A stretch of DNA of 64,000 nt from Candidatus Hydrogenedentota bacterium (GCA_016182605.1 JACPGE010000060.1:9807-73806); one strand, 5' to 3'. Positions 35,162 through 46,300 are shown, numbered from the stretch's first letter. Numbers and translations: made by a program. Notes: generated from the sequence alone by a model not told the origin.

Positions 35162-37246
35162 ATGAAAATGCCGCATACTGTAGCGCTCTGTCTTTTCGTG
35201 GCCAGTCTGGCCATGCCTTCCCTCGAAGCCCAACTCGACGCCTCCGGCGCGCTCGCCGGTCTATCCAGGCTCCAGGACGCGGTCTCGCGCAGGGAGTCCT
35301 CCTCCGACCCAAACTGGGACACCGGCAATGGGGATGCGCGCCGCCTGGAGCCGGGCGAAACCCTCGTGCTTGCAGACATCGATGGGCCCGGGGTGATCAC
35401 GCACTTTTGGAACACGATTGCCACGAAACAGGAACGCTACTCCAAGCTCATTTCGCTGCGCATCTACTGGGACCACGAAGAGCACCCTTCGGTCGAAGCG
35501 CCGCTGGGCGACTTCTTCGGTGTGGGCCACGGCATGGATGTCCCGTTCGAATCCCTGCCGGTGAATGTCTCCTCGGAAGGACGCGCGCGGAATTGTTACT
35601 GGCCCATGCCCTTCCGGAAACATGCGCGCTTCGAAGCAACCAATGAGGGCACGCTGCCCATAGACGCGTTCTACTTCCAGGTCGACTGGGAAAAGCGAAG
35701 CTTCATTGCCGAAGACGAAGCCTACTTCCACGCCTCCTACCGCCAGGAATTCCCCACAGAGATGGGGAAGCGTTTCTTAATCGCCGACATAGAGGGGCGC
35801 GGACACTACGTAGGCACGGTGCAGAGTGTGCGCCAGCGCCTGGATAGCTGGTACGGCGAGGGCGACGACTTCTTCTTCTTGGATGGTGACGAGTCGCCCA
35901 CGCTGCGTGGAACCGGTTCGGAGGACTATTTCCTGGACGCCTGGGGCTTCCGCCTTGCCGACAGCGCGTTCTATGGCGCGCCCATCTACGAGGGCGAGAT
36001 CGTCGGCGGGCGCACGAGCGTCTACCGCTGGCATATTGCCGATCCCGTGCGATTCGCCAAGTCGTTGCGGGTAGAAATTGAGCACGTGGGCCCAACCGTC
36101 AACGATTACTCGCTAGCCCGCGTGGGCTATGGGGAACGCCCTGACGATATGGCCACGGTAGCCTTCTGGTACCAGGTGGAGCCGCACAAGCCCTGGCCAG
36201 CCATGGCGAAGGGGCAGGATCGCCTCTATCCGGGTGGCTTTGAAGACCTGCCTTTTGGCCCGGAGGTAGACGAAAAATTTGCGCGCATCTGGCTCAACAC
36301 GGCCATCGAGGATCGCGTCGGTGCGCCGTCGCCGCTACGCTTTGACAGCGAGATCGCCATGCCCCACCCGATGGAGCTGGAGGTCTTCAATCCAACGGGC
36401 GTTCCCGTGGAAGTGCGGGGAGTATTGCCGGAACGCATCGATTTCACGATTCCAAACGGAAGTTTTCAGGTGGACGTAGCGCCGCGCGAAACGGAGATAG
36501 TGAAGGTGGATTTGCAGGCGCTGGAGCGCGTGGATCTGCGCGGCGCGGCTCCGCTCGGTTTGGAACTCCACCTGCTCTTCAAGCCGGAGGGCGGGGACCC
36601 GATGGAGATGATCCTGCCCCGCAACCTCTATCTGGAGGCGCCCTTTGCGTGCCGGACGGCTCCTGCGTCTCCGCGGGTGGACGGAGATCTGACTGACTGG
36701 ACCGAACTCCCGTTTGTGATGGCGGGCCCGGTAAGAGGCGACGAGGCCGCCGCGCACTGGACCGGTCCAGAAGACAGTTCATTCCGCTTCGGCCTGGCGC
36801 GGGACGAACAATTCGTCTATGTGGCCGTCGATGCCCGGGATGAAGAGCGGGTGAAAGCAGACAACAGCATGCCGTGGCATCAAGACGGGGTCGAGATTCG
36901 CATCAACGCCCAGGCCGATCCGATGCGCAGCGCTTCGAAGGGTCAGGGCGAGTTCAGCGAGATACTGCTCATCGCGGTGCCCAGCGGGGCCGCCGCACCC
37001 TTCAATCCGCGAGCGCTGCCCGAAGGCGTGCAGGCGGTGAATACGGTGCACGCGGGTGGACACCGCACGGAAGTGGCCATTCCCGTGGCTTGGCTGGACG
37101 CGCAGCAGGGCAGTGGCTGGAGCAAGTTCCGCCTAAACGTGACGCTGGACGACACGGATGGCGTACAACTTTGCCAGTTGTGGTGGCGTCCAGACTGGCG
37201 CAAGCGGCTCAGCCACGACGCTTCCGGCACCTTCGTGAAGCAGTAA
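35162..37246 (+). CDS. Secreted DUF2961/GH172-family protein (by motif recall) with a C-terminal CBM9/DOMON-like domain
   Basis: Signal peptide MKMPHTVALCLFVASLAMPSLEAQ. Conserved motifs WYGEGDDFFFLDG and LRGTGSEDYF are typical of the DUF2961/GH172 family. C-terminal DGDLTDWTELPF...HQDGVEIRINA resembles carbohydrate-binding family 9-like folds. Confidence 0.65.
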   Translation: MKMPHTVALCLFVASLAMPSLEAQLDASGALAGLSRLQDAVSRRESSSDPNWDTGNGDARRLEPGETLVLADIDGPGVITHFWNTIATKQERYSKLISLRIYWDHEEHPSVEAPLGDFFGVGHGMDVPFESLPVNVSSEGRARNCYWPMPFRKHARFEATNEGTLPIDAFYFQVDWEKRSFIAEDEAYFHASYRQEFPTEMGKRFLIADIEGRGHYVGTVQSVRQRLDSWYGEGDDFFFLDGDESPTLRGTGSEDYFLDAWGFRLADSAFYGAPIYEGEIVGGRTSVYRWHIADPVRFAKSLRVEIEHVGPTVNDYSLARVGYGERPDDMATVAFWYQVEPHKPWPAMAKGQDRLYPGGFEDLPFGPEVDEKFARIWLNTAIEDRVGAPSPLRFDSEIAMPHPMELEVFNPTGVPVEVRGVLPERIDFTIPNGSFQVDVAPRETEIVKVDLQALERVDLRGAAPLGLELHLLFKPEGGDPMEMILPRNLYLEAPFACRTAPASPRVDGDLTDWTELPFVMAGPVRGDEAAAHWTGPEDSSFRFGLARDEQFVYVAVDARDEERVKADNSMPWHQDGVEIRINAQADPMRSASKGQGEFSEILLIAVPSGAAAPFNPRALPEGVQAVNTVHAGGHRTEVAIPVAWLDAQQGSGWSKFRLNVTLDDTDGVQLCQLWWRPDWRKRLSHDASGTFVKQ

Positions 37247-37286
37247 GGCTTAATTGAGCGCGCATGCGAACACTCGCCCTCATGAT

Positions 37287-38756
37287 TCATTTCCCCCGCT
37301 TCATCCGGATCATCTCCGCCTGACGCGCCTCGTGGAGCCCGGAATCGAGCCCGGAAGGATATTCATGGGGATAGATAAAACGCCGGATGCTCGGATGAAA
37401 CCGGCGCAAGTCATCGAAGGCGTGCTGGCGGATCTCGTGGATGCTCGGGGGCTCGTACACAAGGTGGCCCTGCTCGAAGATGGGCAAGAGTAAGTCAAAG
37501 CTCTTCGCATCCGGGGCTATGGTCTTTGTGCGGAAAGGGTTCATCGGATCCACCAGCGTCGTCGGCTCCGCTATCCCGTTACGCTCATCATAGATGCAGT
37601 CGCCCAGATATGTATCGCCGCGCCGGAACCGCCGGACGTTCAAAATGCCAGGAATGGAGTTCTTCGCCGCCTGCTCCGAAAGTTTGACCTTGTTTACCCA
37701 CTCCCCGGCGTCGTCCCGCACCGCCGCCAATTTGTAGACCGCGCCCAGCGCCGGCTGATCATACGCCGTGATCAATTTCGTCCCCACGCCCCACACCGCG
37801 ATGGTCGCGCCCTGATCCTTGAGCGAGCTAATAATGTGTTCGTCCAAGTCGTTCGAAGCAATGATACGCGTGTCCTGAAACCCCGCTTCATCCAGCAACT
37901 TGCGCGCTTCGATCGAGAGATAGGCCAAGTCGCCCGAATCCAGCCGGATACCGGCAAACTGATACCCCTTCTCGCGCAGCCGCTGCCCCGCCGCGATCGC
38001 GTTGCGCACCCCTCCCAGCGTGTCGTACGTGTCCACCAGAAACACGCAGTTGTTCGGCATGACCTCCGCATACGTCTCAAACGCCTGCAACTCGTCCGGA
38101 AAGAGCATCACCCAGGAATGGGCGTGCGTGCCGCGAACAGGAATACCGTAAATACGGCCCGCCAATACATTCGAGGTCGCAAAGCACCCGCCAATATACG
38201 CCGCACGGCTCGCCGCCAGGCCGCCATCGATTCCCTGTGCCCGGCGCAGCCCGAATTCCAGCACGGGATCCCCCTGGGCCGCATGGCAGACCCGCGCCGC
38301 CTTCGTGGCCACCAGGCTCTGGAAACCCACGATCGTGAGCAAGGCCGTCTCCAAAAGTTGCCCCTGAAGTATCGGACCCTGGATCCGCAACAATGGCTCC
38401 TGTGGAAAGACCGCGGCGCCTTCCGGAACCCCCTTCACACTGCACGAAAAGCGCAGGGCAAGCAAATACTCCAGAAAATCCTGCGAAAAAAGGGGCGCGC
38501 CATCGTTGCCGTTCAGCGTCCCCAGATAGGTCACATCGTCTTCGTCGAAGTGAAAATCCTGCAAATACTCGATCACCGTGCCCAGGCCGCACGCAAGCGT
38601 ATAGCCCGAGTTGAACGGCGGATGCCGGAACGCCAAATTGAAGATCGCCTCGCGCTCCGCCAGACCGGACTTCCAATAGGAATACGCCATCGTAATCTGG
38701 TAAAGATCGGTCAGCAGGGCCAATGAAGGCCGGTAGATCTCTCGCAATGCACTCAT
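37287..38756 (-). CDS. pncB: Nicotinate phosphoribosyltransferase
   Basis: MSALREIYRPSLALLTDLYQITMAYSYWKSG...GTHAHSWVM...IRLDSGDLAYLS. Collinear with the NAPRTase family. 489 aa. Confidence 0.9.
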   Translation of the reverse strand: MSALREIYRPSLALLTDLYQITMAYSYWKSGLAEREAIFNLAFRHPPFNSGYTLACGLGTVIEYLQDFHFDEDDVTYLGTLNGNDGAPLFSQDFLEYLLALRFSCSVKGVPEGAAVFPQEPLLRIQGPILQGQLLETALLTIVGFQSLVATKAARVCHAAQGDPVLEFGLRRAQGIDGGLAASRAAYIGGCFATSNVLAGRIYGIPVRGTHAHSWVMLFPDELQAFETYAEVMPNNCVFLVDTYDTLGGVRNAIAAGQRLREKGYQFAGIRLDSGDLAYLSIEARKLLDEAGFQDTRIIASNDLDEHIISSLKDQGATIAVWGVGTKLITAYDQPALGAVYKLAAVRDDAGEWVNKVKLSEQAAKNSIPGILNVRRFRRGDTYLGDCIYDERNGIAEPTTLVDPMNPFRTKTIAPDAKSFDLLLPIFEQGHLVYEPPSIHEIRQHAFDDLRRFHPSIRRFIYPHEYPSGLDSGLHEARQAEMIRMKRGK

Positions 38757-38868
38757 GGAATGCCGCTTCCTTATATTCCTGGACTTGCTACTTCCCGTCC
38801 AGATGCATACCCTTCAGTGTAGGCCCCGCAAGCGCCCGCTTCAAGGGCGCAGCCCACGAAGGTATACC

Positions 38869-39474
38869 ATGCAGCCGGAAAACATACTGAACATCGCCCG
38901 CAAAAGCCTCGCAGGGATGGACATCTACCTCCTGGATCTCGTTCTCTCTGGAAAACTCATACCGCCGATGCGCGTGCTCGACGCCGGCTGCGGCGCCGGG
39001 AGAAACCTCGCTGTGCTCGGATCGCTGGGTTTCGACGTGGTCGGGCTGGACCGGTCCGCCCAGGCACTGAGCGATGCGAGACGCCAGGCGCCCGGGGCGC
39101 CGATTCTGCGCGCCCGCTTGGACGCCCTCCCGTGGGCAACACCCACCTTTGACGTGGTGGTGGCAAACGCGGTATTGCACTTCGCATCCAACCCAGACGA
39201 GTTTGACGGAATGCTGGCGGAGCTGTGGCGCTTGCTTCTTCCGGGCGGCATCCTCTTCGCCCGGCTCGCCGTGATCGACGGCATGGAAGCCCAGGCATCC
39301 CCCCGGGCAAACGGCCAATACGGCTTGCCCGACGGCACAGTACGCTTTCTGTCCAGTCTGGACAACCTGGAGCTGCGCACGCGCACCCTCGGCGGCAGCC
39401 TCGTGATCCCGCTCAAAACCGCCCTGGTGCACCGCCAGCGGAGTATGGCCACCTGGTGCCTCCGCAAAGAATAG
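38869..39474 (+). CDS. Class I SAM-dependent methyltransferase
   Basis: ATG at 38869. Motif I VLDAGCGAGRNLAVL. Post-I LDRS. Motif II/III FDVVVANAVLHF. LLPGGILF. Confidence 0.75.
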   Translation: MQPENILNIARKSLAGMDIYLLDLVLSGKLIPPMRVLDAGCGAGRNLAVLGSLGFDVVGLDRSAQALSDARRQAPGAPILRARLDALPWATPTFDVVVANAVLHFASNPDEFDGMLAELWRLLLPGGILFARLAVIDGMEAQASPRANGQYGLPDGTVRFLSSLDNLELRTRTLGGSLVIPLKTALVHRQRSMATWCLRKE

Positions 39475-39574
39475 AGTCGATTTCCAGAACGGTGCTATGA
39501 TGGAGTTCTCCGCCGCATACAGGGGGAATTAGGTACCCCGGAGTGGCACAGACACCGCAGGATGATACTTTACG

Positions 39575-40117
39575 ATGGGTGATTTACGCGATCAGCTCTT
39601 GAAAGCAGGCCTCGCCTCGAAGAAGGCCGTCAAGGCCGTCGAGACCGAGGAACGGCGGGAAAACAAGAAGAAGCTGAAAGAACAAAAAAAGAGCGGCGTG
39701 GCTGCACCCGCCCTCGCTGCGGCCCAGCAGGCCCTGGCGGAAAAGGCCGAGGCGGACCGCCTCCGCGCAGCGGCGGAGAAAGCCGCGCGCGAGGAAAAGG
39801 AACTGCGCGCCCAGGTGGCGGACATGATCGAGCAGCACGCCCTGAAGAAACGGGGCAAGGGACTCACCTACCACTTTCCCCATGACAAAGTGGTCAAGAA
39901 ACTGGAAGTATCCGAAGAGACCCAGCGCGCACTGAGTTTGGGGAAACTGGCCATCGTTTTCTGGGAGAATCAGTATCGCCTCGTCCCGGGTGAGACGGCG
40001 GATAAGATTGATGCGCGCCTGCCGGACGCGATCGTGTATTGGTGTGCCCCCGCACCCGGCCCGGACGAAGACGATCCCTACAAGTCCTGCCAGGTCCCGG
40101 ACGATTTGATGTGGTGA
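39575..40117 (+). CDS. DUF2058-like protein (Lys/Ala/Glu-rich N-terminal region)
   Basis: MGDLRDQLLKAGLASKKAVKAVETEERRENKKKLKEQKK... followed by a conserved C-terminal YHFPHDKVVKKLEVSEETQRALSLGKLAIVFWENQYRLVP. Confidence 0.45.
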   Translation: MGDLRDQLLKAGLASKKAVKAVETEERRENKKKLKEQKKSGVAAPALAAAQQALAEKAEADRLRAAAEKAAREEKELRAQVADMIEQHALKKRGKGLTYHFPHDKVVKKLEVSEETQRALSLGKLAIVFWENQYRLVPGETADKIDARLPDAIVYWCAPAPGPDEDDPYKSCQVPDDLMW

Positions 40118-40156
40118 ACCGCCGCTGCGGCGTGAATGAAGTTATGAACAAGGAGA

Positions 40157-40654
40157 ATGACGGTGCCTACTTTTGACGTGGTCAATGAAATCAGCATGCA
40201 AGAGGTCGACAACGCGATCAACATCACGAAAAAAGCCCTCGAAAACCGCTACGACTTCAAGGGAAGCGAAACGGAAATCACCCTGAACCGGACCGAAAAG
40301 AAAATCACCGTCCTCACTTCCGACGACATGAAACTCCGCGCCATCGAGGATGCCCTCGCGGGAAATCTCATCAAACGCAAAATCAGCCCCAAAGCCCTCG
40401 AATGGCCCGAGCCAGAGCAAGCCAGCAAGGGCGCCCTCCGCTGCATCATCAAGATACGAGACGGTATCGAGACCGAACAGGCCAAGAAGATCGTCAAGAT
40501 CATCAAGGAATCCAAACTCAAGGTCCAGGCCCGGATTCAGGATGAACAGGTCCGGGTTGAGGGCAAGAAGATCGACGATCTTCAGGCCGTTATCGCGCTC
40601 CTGAAGGAAGCCAACCTCGACGTCCCCCTCCAATATGTGAATATGCGCAGTTAA
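40157..40654 (+). CDS. yajQ: YajQ family (UPF0234) nucleotide/c-di-GMP-binding protein
   Basis: MTVPTFDVVNEISMQEVDNAINITKKALENRYDFKGSE...KKIVKIIKESKLKVQARIQDEQVRVEGKKIDDLQAVIALLK is collinear with E. coli YajQ ([56 protein letters not shown]). Confidence 0.9.
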   Translation: MTVPTFDVVNEISMQEVDNAINITKKALENRYDFKGSETEITLNRTEKKITVLTSDDMKLRAIEDALAGNLIKRKISPKALEWPEPEQASKGALRCIIKIRDGIETEQAKKIVKIIKESKLKVQARIQDEQVRVEGKKIDDLQAVIALLKEANLDVPLQYVNMRS

Positions 40655-40745
40655 CCCAATCGAATATCACGGGCCTTTCGGGTGTAGTAGGTTCCATACA
40701 CGGCGCCTCGCGCCCGTGCACAACCCGTGAAAAGGAGAACGTGTC

Positions 40746-42089
40746 ATGAGCCCGCCCGAAGCTGAATTCATCGGTCCCCGCGGCCGCAACCCCGCAAAGG
40801 TCAATCTCAAGATCCCGGCCTTCGGCGGCGCCCTCCTGATGCTCTGCGCCGTCCTCGTGGTCACCCTCTTCTTCGTGTACAACAGTTGCTTCGTCTATAT
40901 CGCCCCCAACGAGTTCGGTATCAAAGAAGTCAAGATCGGGATGGACACCGGCATTCAAAAAGACGTCTACGGCGCGGGCCTGCAGTTCCGCATCCCCGTG
41001 CTCAGCCAGGTCCACAAGTTGCCCCGCGACGTGCAGGTCTTTGAACTCACCGGCGCCCAGTACGAAGGCCGGGAAGGCGTCTACGTTTCCGACATGGCCA
41101 ACATCCAGACCTCCGATGGCTTCTTTGTCGACGTCGATGTCAGTATTCTCTACCACATCGTCGATCCCTACACGGTCATCACCAAGCTGGGCCCGGGACA
41201 GCGCTACTTGCAGCAGGGCGTCCTGCCGAAGGCCGAACCCATCCTCAAGGAAACCCTCGGCCAGTTGACGACCGAAGACTTTTACAACAGCCCCATGCGC
41301 GTGGAGAAACAGGAACTGGCGCGCAAAATGCTCGATGAGGAATTGCGCGATCTGGGCATGGAAGTCGAGCGCGTGCTCATCCGCTACTTCGAATATAGCG
41401 AGGCCATCCAGCAAAACATTGAGGACAAAAAGTTGCAAGACCAGTTGGTCTTCACCAACCAGTCCAAGAGAAAGGCCGCGGAACAGGATCAACAGCTCAA
41501 GCGGGTCACGGAAGAAGGCGAGTACCATGTGAAGATCGCCCTCCAGGAGGGCGACGCCTATCGCGTGGAAAAAGAAGCCGAACGCGACCTCTACATGCGC
41601 GCGAAAACCGCCGAAGCCGACCTCCTCGTGAAACTCGCCGAGGCCGAAAGTACTCGCCTGAAGAACGAGGCCCTGCAGACCGCCGGCTCCAGCACCCTCG
41701 TGGCCATGGAAATGACCCGGCTCCTGGATGGCATCGACACCGTCATCGTGCCGGCCGGCGGCGCAAGCGGCCTGAACCCCTTGGATCTGAGCAGCGTGTT
41801 GACCCTCTTCGGGATCGATTCCGCCACTGTTGAAGCGGCGGCTGCCTTGCCCGATGCAGACGCGGAACATGTGTCCTCGCCCCTGCTGCAGCAACTGATC
41901 GAAGGCGCCGCGCAAGCGAGCGAAGCCATCCCCATCCCGCCTTCGGAAGATCTGCTCACGCCGGAAGCCCTGCCCGAGGCGGCCCCGCCATCCGCTACGC
42001 CTCCGCCTGAAGCTGCCCCAGTTGAAGCAGCGCCTATCGAAACAACGCCCGCGGATCCTTCCACCACTTCGGCGGAGGTGCAGCAATGA
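40746..42089 (+). CDS. SPFH/Band-7 domain membrane protein (HflK/prohibitin-like), paralog 1
   Basis: N-terminal TM helix. SPFH core ...VQVFELTGAQYEGREGVYVSDMANIQTSDGFFVDVDVSILYHIVDPY... Coiled-coil region. Ala/Pro/Glu-rich C-terminal tail. Confidence 0.75.
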   Translation: MSPPEAEFIGPRGRNPAKVNLKIPAFGGALLMLCAVLVVTLFFVYNSCFVYIAPNEFGIKEVKIGMDTGIQKDVYGAGLQFRIPVLSQVHKLPRDVQVFELTGAQYEGREGVYVSDMANIQTSDGFFVDVDVSILYHIVDPYTVITKLGPGQRYLQQGVLPKAEPILKETLGQLTTEDFYNSPMRVEKQELARKMLDEELRDLGMEVERVLIRYFEYSEAIQQNIEDKKLQDQLVFTNQSKRKAAEQDQQLKRVTEEGEYHVKIALQEGDAYRVEKEAERDLYMRAKTAEADLLVKLAEAESTRLKNEALQTAGSSTLVAMEMTRLLDGIDTVIVPAGGASGLNPLDLSSVLTLFGIDSATVEAAAALPDADAEHVSSPLLQQLIEGAAQASEAIPIPPSEDLLTPEALPEAAPPSATPPPEAAPVEAAPIETTPADPSTTSAEVQQ

Positions 42090-43225
42090 AAACGCAACGC
42101 CTTTCCCTGGCCGTGGCAGCCCTGCTGCTTTCCACCCTGTCCGGCTGCCTCCCCTATTCCACCGGCCCCACCGAGGTGGGGGTGCGCACCATAAAATTCG
42201 GATGGAACAAGGGCATCGAGAAAACGGTCTACGCCCCGGGTTCCACCTACTTCTTCGTGCCCTTCCTCACCGACTGGCACACCTTCGACACGCGCCTGCG
42301 CAACCTCGAAATGACCCTGGAAGGCTCCTCCGATGGGCGCAGCCGCGATGAACTGCTCTTCAAGACCATCGACGGCAACGACATCAGTCTGGATGTCATC
42401 ATTTCCTATCGCATCGATCCGGAGAGAGCCCCGGATATCCTGCAACTCGTCGGACTCGACGACGACGATGTGGAAGAAAAAATCGTGCGCACCATCGCGC
42501 GGAGCCGGCCCCGCGATATCTTCGGGGAACTGAACACCGAAGAGTTCTACATCGCAGACAGCCGCGCGAAGAAGGCCCTGGAAGTCGAAGTCACCCTGAA
42601 CGACATGCTGAAAGGCTATGGCGTCATCGTCGAGCGTGTGAACACCCAGGACTACCGCTTCAATCCCGCCTATCAGGAAGCCATCGAAAACAAGAAGGTG
42701 GCCGACCAGCAGGCGGAAAAGCTCCGCTCGGAAACCCTGGCGGTTACCGAGGAATACACCACCAAAGTCGCCGAAGCCAAGGCCACCGTCAATAAGATCA
42801 AGGCCGGGGCAGACGGCGAGTACCAGCGTTCCCTCATCGAAGCCGACGCCTACTACCAGCAGCAGCGGCGCATCGCCGAAGCCACCCTGGCCGAAGGCAA
42901 GGCCGAGGCAGAGGGGATCCGCGAACTCAACGCCGCGCTCTCCGGTCCCGGCGGGGCCAATGTGGTCAAACTGGCCATCGCAGAAGCCCTCCAGAACAAG
43001 CGCATCGTCATGTTGCCCTTCGGCGAAGGCGGCCTCGACGTGCGCTCCACCGACATCAATCAGTTGCTCAGCCTCTACGGCGTGAAAACGCTCGGTGAGA
43101 AAGCAAAGCGCCCCGCGCCAGAGGCGCCCGCGGCGGCCCCCGCAGTGGAACCTGCCCCGGCAGCCCAGCCGGCCCAGGTAGACCCCAATCAGCCTCTCCC
43201 GAAATTGCGGCGCAATCCCCGCTAA
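42086..43225 (+). CDS. SPFH/Band-7 domain lipoprotein (HflC-like), paralog 2
   Basis: Lipobox LSGC. SPFH core TIKFGWNKGIEKTVYAPGSTYFFVPFLTDWHTFDTRLRNLEM... 4-bp overlap with the upstream paralog. Confidence 0.75.
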   Translation: MKTQRLSLAVAALLLSTLSGCLPYSTGPTEVGVRTIKFGWNKGIEKTVYAPGSTYFFVPFLTDWHTFDTRLRNLEMTLEGSSDGRSRDELLFKTIDGNDISLDVIISYRIDPERAPDILQLVGLDDDDVEEKIVRTIARSRPRDIFGELNTEEFYIADSRAKKALEVEVTLNDMLKGYGVIVERVNTQDYRFNPAYQEAIENKKVADQQAEKLRSETLAVTEEYTTKVAEAKATVNKIKAGADGEYQRSLIEADAYYQQQRRIAEATLAEGKAEAEGIRELNAALSGPGGANVVKLAIAEALQNKRIVMLPFGEGGLDVRSTDINQLLSLYGVKTLGEKAKRPAPEAPAAAPAVEPAPAAQPAQVDPNQPLPKLRRNPR

Positions 43226-43248
43226 ACGGCGCGGCACTTTCCAAACAC

Positions 43249-43288
43249 AGAGGGCCTGTCCATCCGCGGACAGGCCCTCTTGTATCAC
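43249..43288. terminator. Bidirectional rho-independent terminator candidate between the convergent SPFH and MCP genes
   Basis: Perfect 13-bp stem agagggcctgtcc / ggacaggccctct with a 6-nt loop atccgc. T/A-rich flanks on both sides. Confidence 0.5.
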
Positions 43289-43340
43289 CTCACTTGTATC
43301 GCCTCACTTGGGCGCCTCCCAACGCCGGGAGCGGCGGAAC

Positions 43341-46300
43341 TCAGACCTTGAACTGTTTCATGAGCGCTTCGAGTTCCAGGGAAAGTGTTTCCATGGACGA
43401 TGCAGAATCGCTCATCTCCTGGGCGCACTTCTTGTTCGACTCCGCGGCACTGTTGACCGAGGCCACTATGCGCGCCGTGTCAGACATACCGAGCGAAGCC
43501 TCCCCGGCATTCTTCGAAATCTCGTTGGAAACGGCCGCCAATTCCCCGATGTTCCGGGCAATGTCGTTCATCCCCATCGAAGCCTGCTGCACATTCCGCG
43601 TAATTTCCTGCACGCCCGCGGCCGCCTCGTCCACCGTCCGCGATACCTCGTTCGTGCCCTCCGCCGTATCGGCAACGCTCATGGAGATCTCATTCACCGC
43701 CTTGCTCTGTTCGGAGACCGCCGCATTGATCTCGGCGAAGGCGCCGTTCAAGTTCCGCACGACACCTTCAATCTTCGCTATGGCCTCGGTAGAGAGCCGC
43801 GTGTCCGTCTGGATCTGATCGATAAACTGCCGGATCTCACTCGTCGCTTTCGACGTCTGGCTGGCCAGCTCCTTCACCTCCGCCGCCACCACCGCAAAAC
43901 CCTTGCCGGCTTCTCCCGCCGAAGCGGCCTCAATCGTCGCATTCAACGCAAGCAGGTTAGTCTGGCTTGCAATACTCGTGATTATCTCCACAATGGATTC
44001 GATCTTCTTCACCGACTCGTTCAGCGCGGCCACGGTGCGCACCGTGCTGCTCGCCTGCTCCACCGCTTTCGCTGCCACGTCCGACGACCGCCGGGTGCTC
44101 TCCGAGACGCCCCCAAGGGAAGCCGACATCTCCGTCACGGCGGCAGATACCGTGTTCACGGAAGCAGACATGTTCTTGCTCCGCTCCGCGATGGTCGACA
44201 TGTTCGTGGCCATCTCCTCAATAGCCGCGCCCACCGTGATAAGATTGGCCGACACCTCCTCCGAGGCCGCCGCAACCGTGTTCGAATTCGCGCTCATCTC
44301 CTCTATCCCCGCCGCTATATTCTGAAGATTGGCGCTCGCCTCTTCCGTCGAGGCCGCCGCCGAATGCGCCATGTGCGTCATCTCTTCGGCGCTCCTCGTC
44401 ATCGTCCCCGCCGTGCCTGCCATCTCGCGCGAGGAGGACGCGATCGTCAGGGCATGGCTCACCACTTGCTGTATCGTCGAGCGCAACGTGGCCGCCATGC
44501 GATTCAATGCGCGCACCAGAATCCCTACCTCGTCCTTCTGGTCAACACTGGACTGCTGCGTGAAGTCCCCGCCGGAAACGACCTGCACAAAATCCACCCC
44601 CTTGAGCAGCGGCGCCACGATCGTCACCGCGATAAAGAACGCCAGGACCGCCACGATGCCGCCGGCGATCCCCGCCGCGATCAAGATCGAACGAATAAGC
44701 GCACTGATGGGCTCGTTGACTTCTGCTTCATCGATCTCCGCAAGCAGCGCCCATTTCTTCCCAAATACCTCTACCGGGGCAAATGCCGAAAGCACACGGT
44801 GGCCGTTATAATCCGTGACCACCCGGGCGCCAGACTCGCCCGCCAGGGCCGCCGTGCTTGCCTCCGTATCCACATCGCCGGCCTCCGGATCGGCAAAGGA
44901 CGCTTCCACCGTGTGGTGAACCGTGTCAAGAAACGAATCCGAACGCATCAACTTATCCGGCCCCACCAGATAACTCTCCCCCGTCTCGCCCATACCCGTC
45001 CGCTCCTGCATCACGGCGTTGATCTCCGTCAGCGGTATCTGAAGCGCCACAACCGTTTCCACCGCGCCATCCCGGAGGACCGGTTGCGCAATAAATGCGG
45101 CCGGCTTGTCCTCGCTGGGCGCATAGGGCGCGAAATCGGCAAACCCGGCGCTCTTCGAGGCCATCACCTCACGGAATAGAACGCCCAGATTGGAATCCTT
45201 GTAGGGACCAGTCGCCAGATTCGTCTGGTAGTCCGCTTCTCGCGCCTGCGTGTAGTAGCAATAGCCGTCCGGGTTGAGCAAAAAAACGTCATAATAACCA
45301 AATAAATTGACGTAGCGATCATAAAAAGCATGCCCTTCCACATCCTTCGGGACGAAAGCCTCCGCCACATCGATCTCCACCGCAAGCGCCCAAGTGTGCG
45401 TGCCCACGGTCACCGGCGCATACGCGGAAAGCACCGGATTCCCCCGGTAATCCACAATCACCCCCACATCCGTGCTCCCGGCCAAGGCCTGCTCCACCGC
45501 ATCCGTGGTGACACTGCCCTCTGACGGATTGCGGAATGACGCAAGCACCGACCGGTGCTCGGGATCCAGATGAGAATCCGAACGCATCAGGTGGTCTGGA
45601 CCAACCAAATAGCTTTCTCCCGTCTCCCCGAGTCCCGCGCGCACCCCCATGGTCTCATTGAGCTTGTCGATGGACAACTGGAATATGGCCACGCCGATCT
45701 TGCGGCCGCCCGCATAAATCGGAGTGGCTATGAAACTTGCCGCCGCCTCGTAAGAAGGGGGATATTGTTTGTAATCGGTCAATATCGCGGTATCGCTCCC
45801 CTCGGAATCGCGCGCCTGCCGGAATGCCTCTCCCAGATTCGTTTCCGCATAGGGGCCCGTGAGAAGGTTCGTCCCAAAATCGAGCTCCTTAAATACCGTA
45901 TACACAATATCTCCCGTGCCCGCATCCACAAAAAAAATGTCGTAATACCCAAACTGCTTCAAATAGTCGCGCAGAATCGGGTGGATATCCCCATGAATCT
46001 GGCTGTACGTCGAGCCGTCGGACGCCCGGTCCATTTCATGCTTTGCCCCAAGCGCTCCCGGGTTGTTTTGAATATAATGATATTGCGATACAATCGCAGT
46101 ACTGCCCAACCGCGCGATCAGCTTGTCCGTGTCGATCGATGCCCCGTTGTTCTGCCGGGCGTATTCCGCCGAAAACTGCTCCGTATAATACGTGCGCAAG
46201 TCCTCCTTCATCCGGGCCAGTTGATCCGCCTCGATTAGATTCTCCGCCTGCATCTGCGGAAAGGCCCCCGCAAAAGCCTCCATCGCCTCCACCACCATGC

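Noticed and set aside
41591-45179. 565-aa minus-strand ORF and 623-aa plus-strand ORF
   Set aside because: Antisense to the SPFH pair and to the MCP respectively. Arg/Gly-rich.
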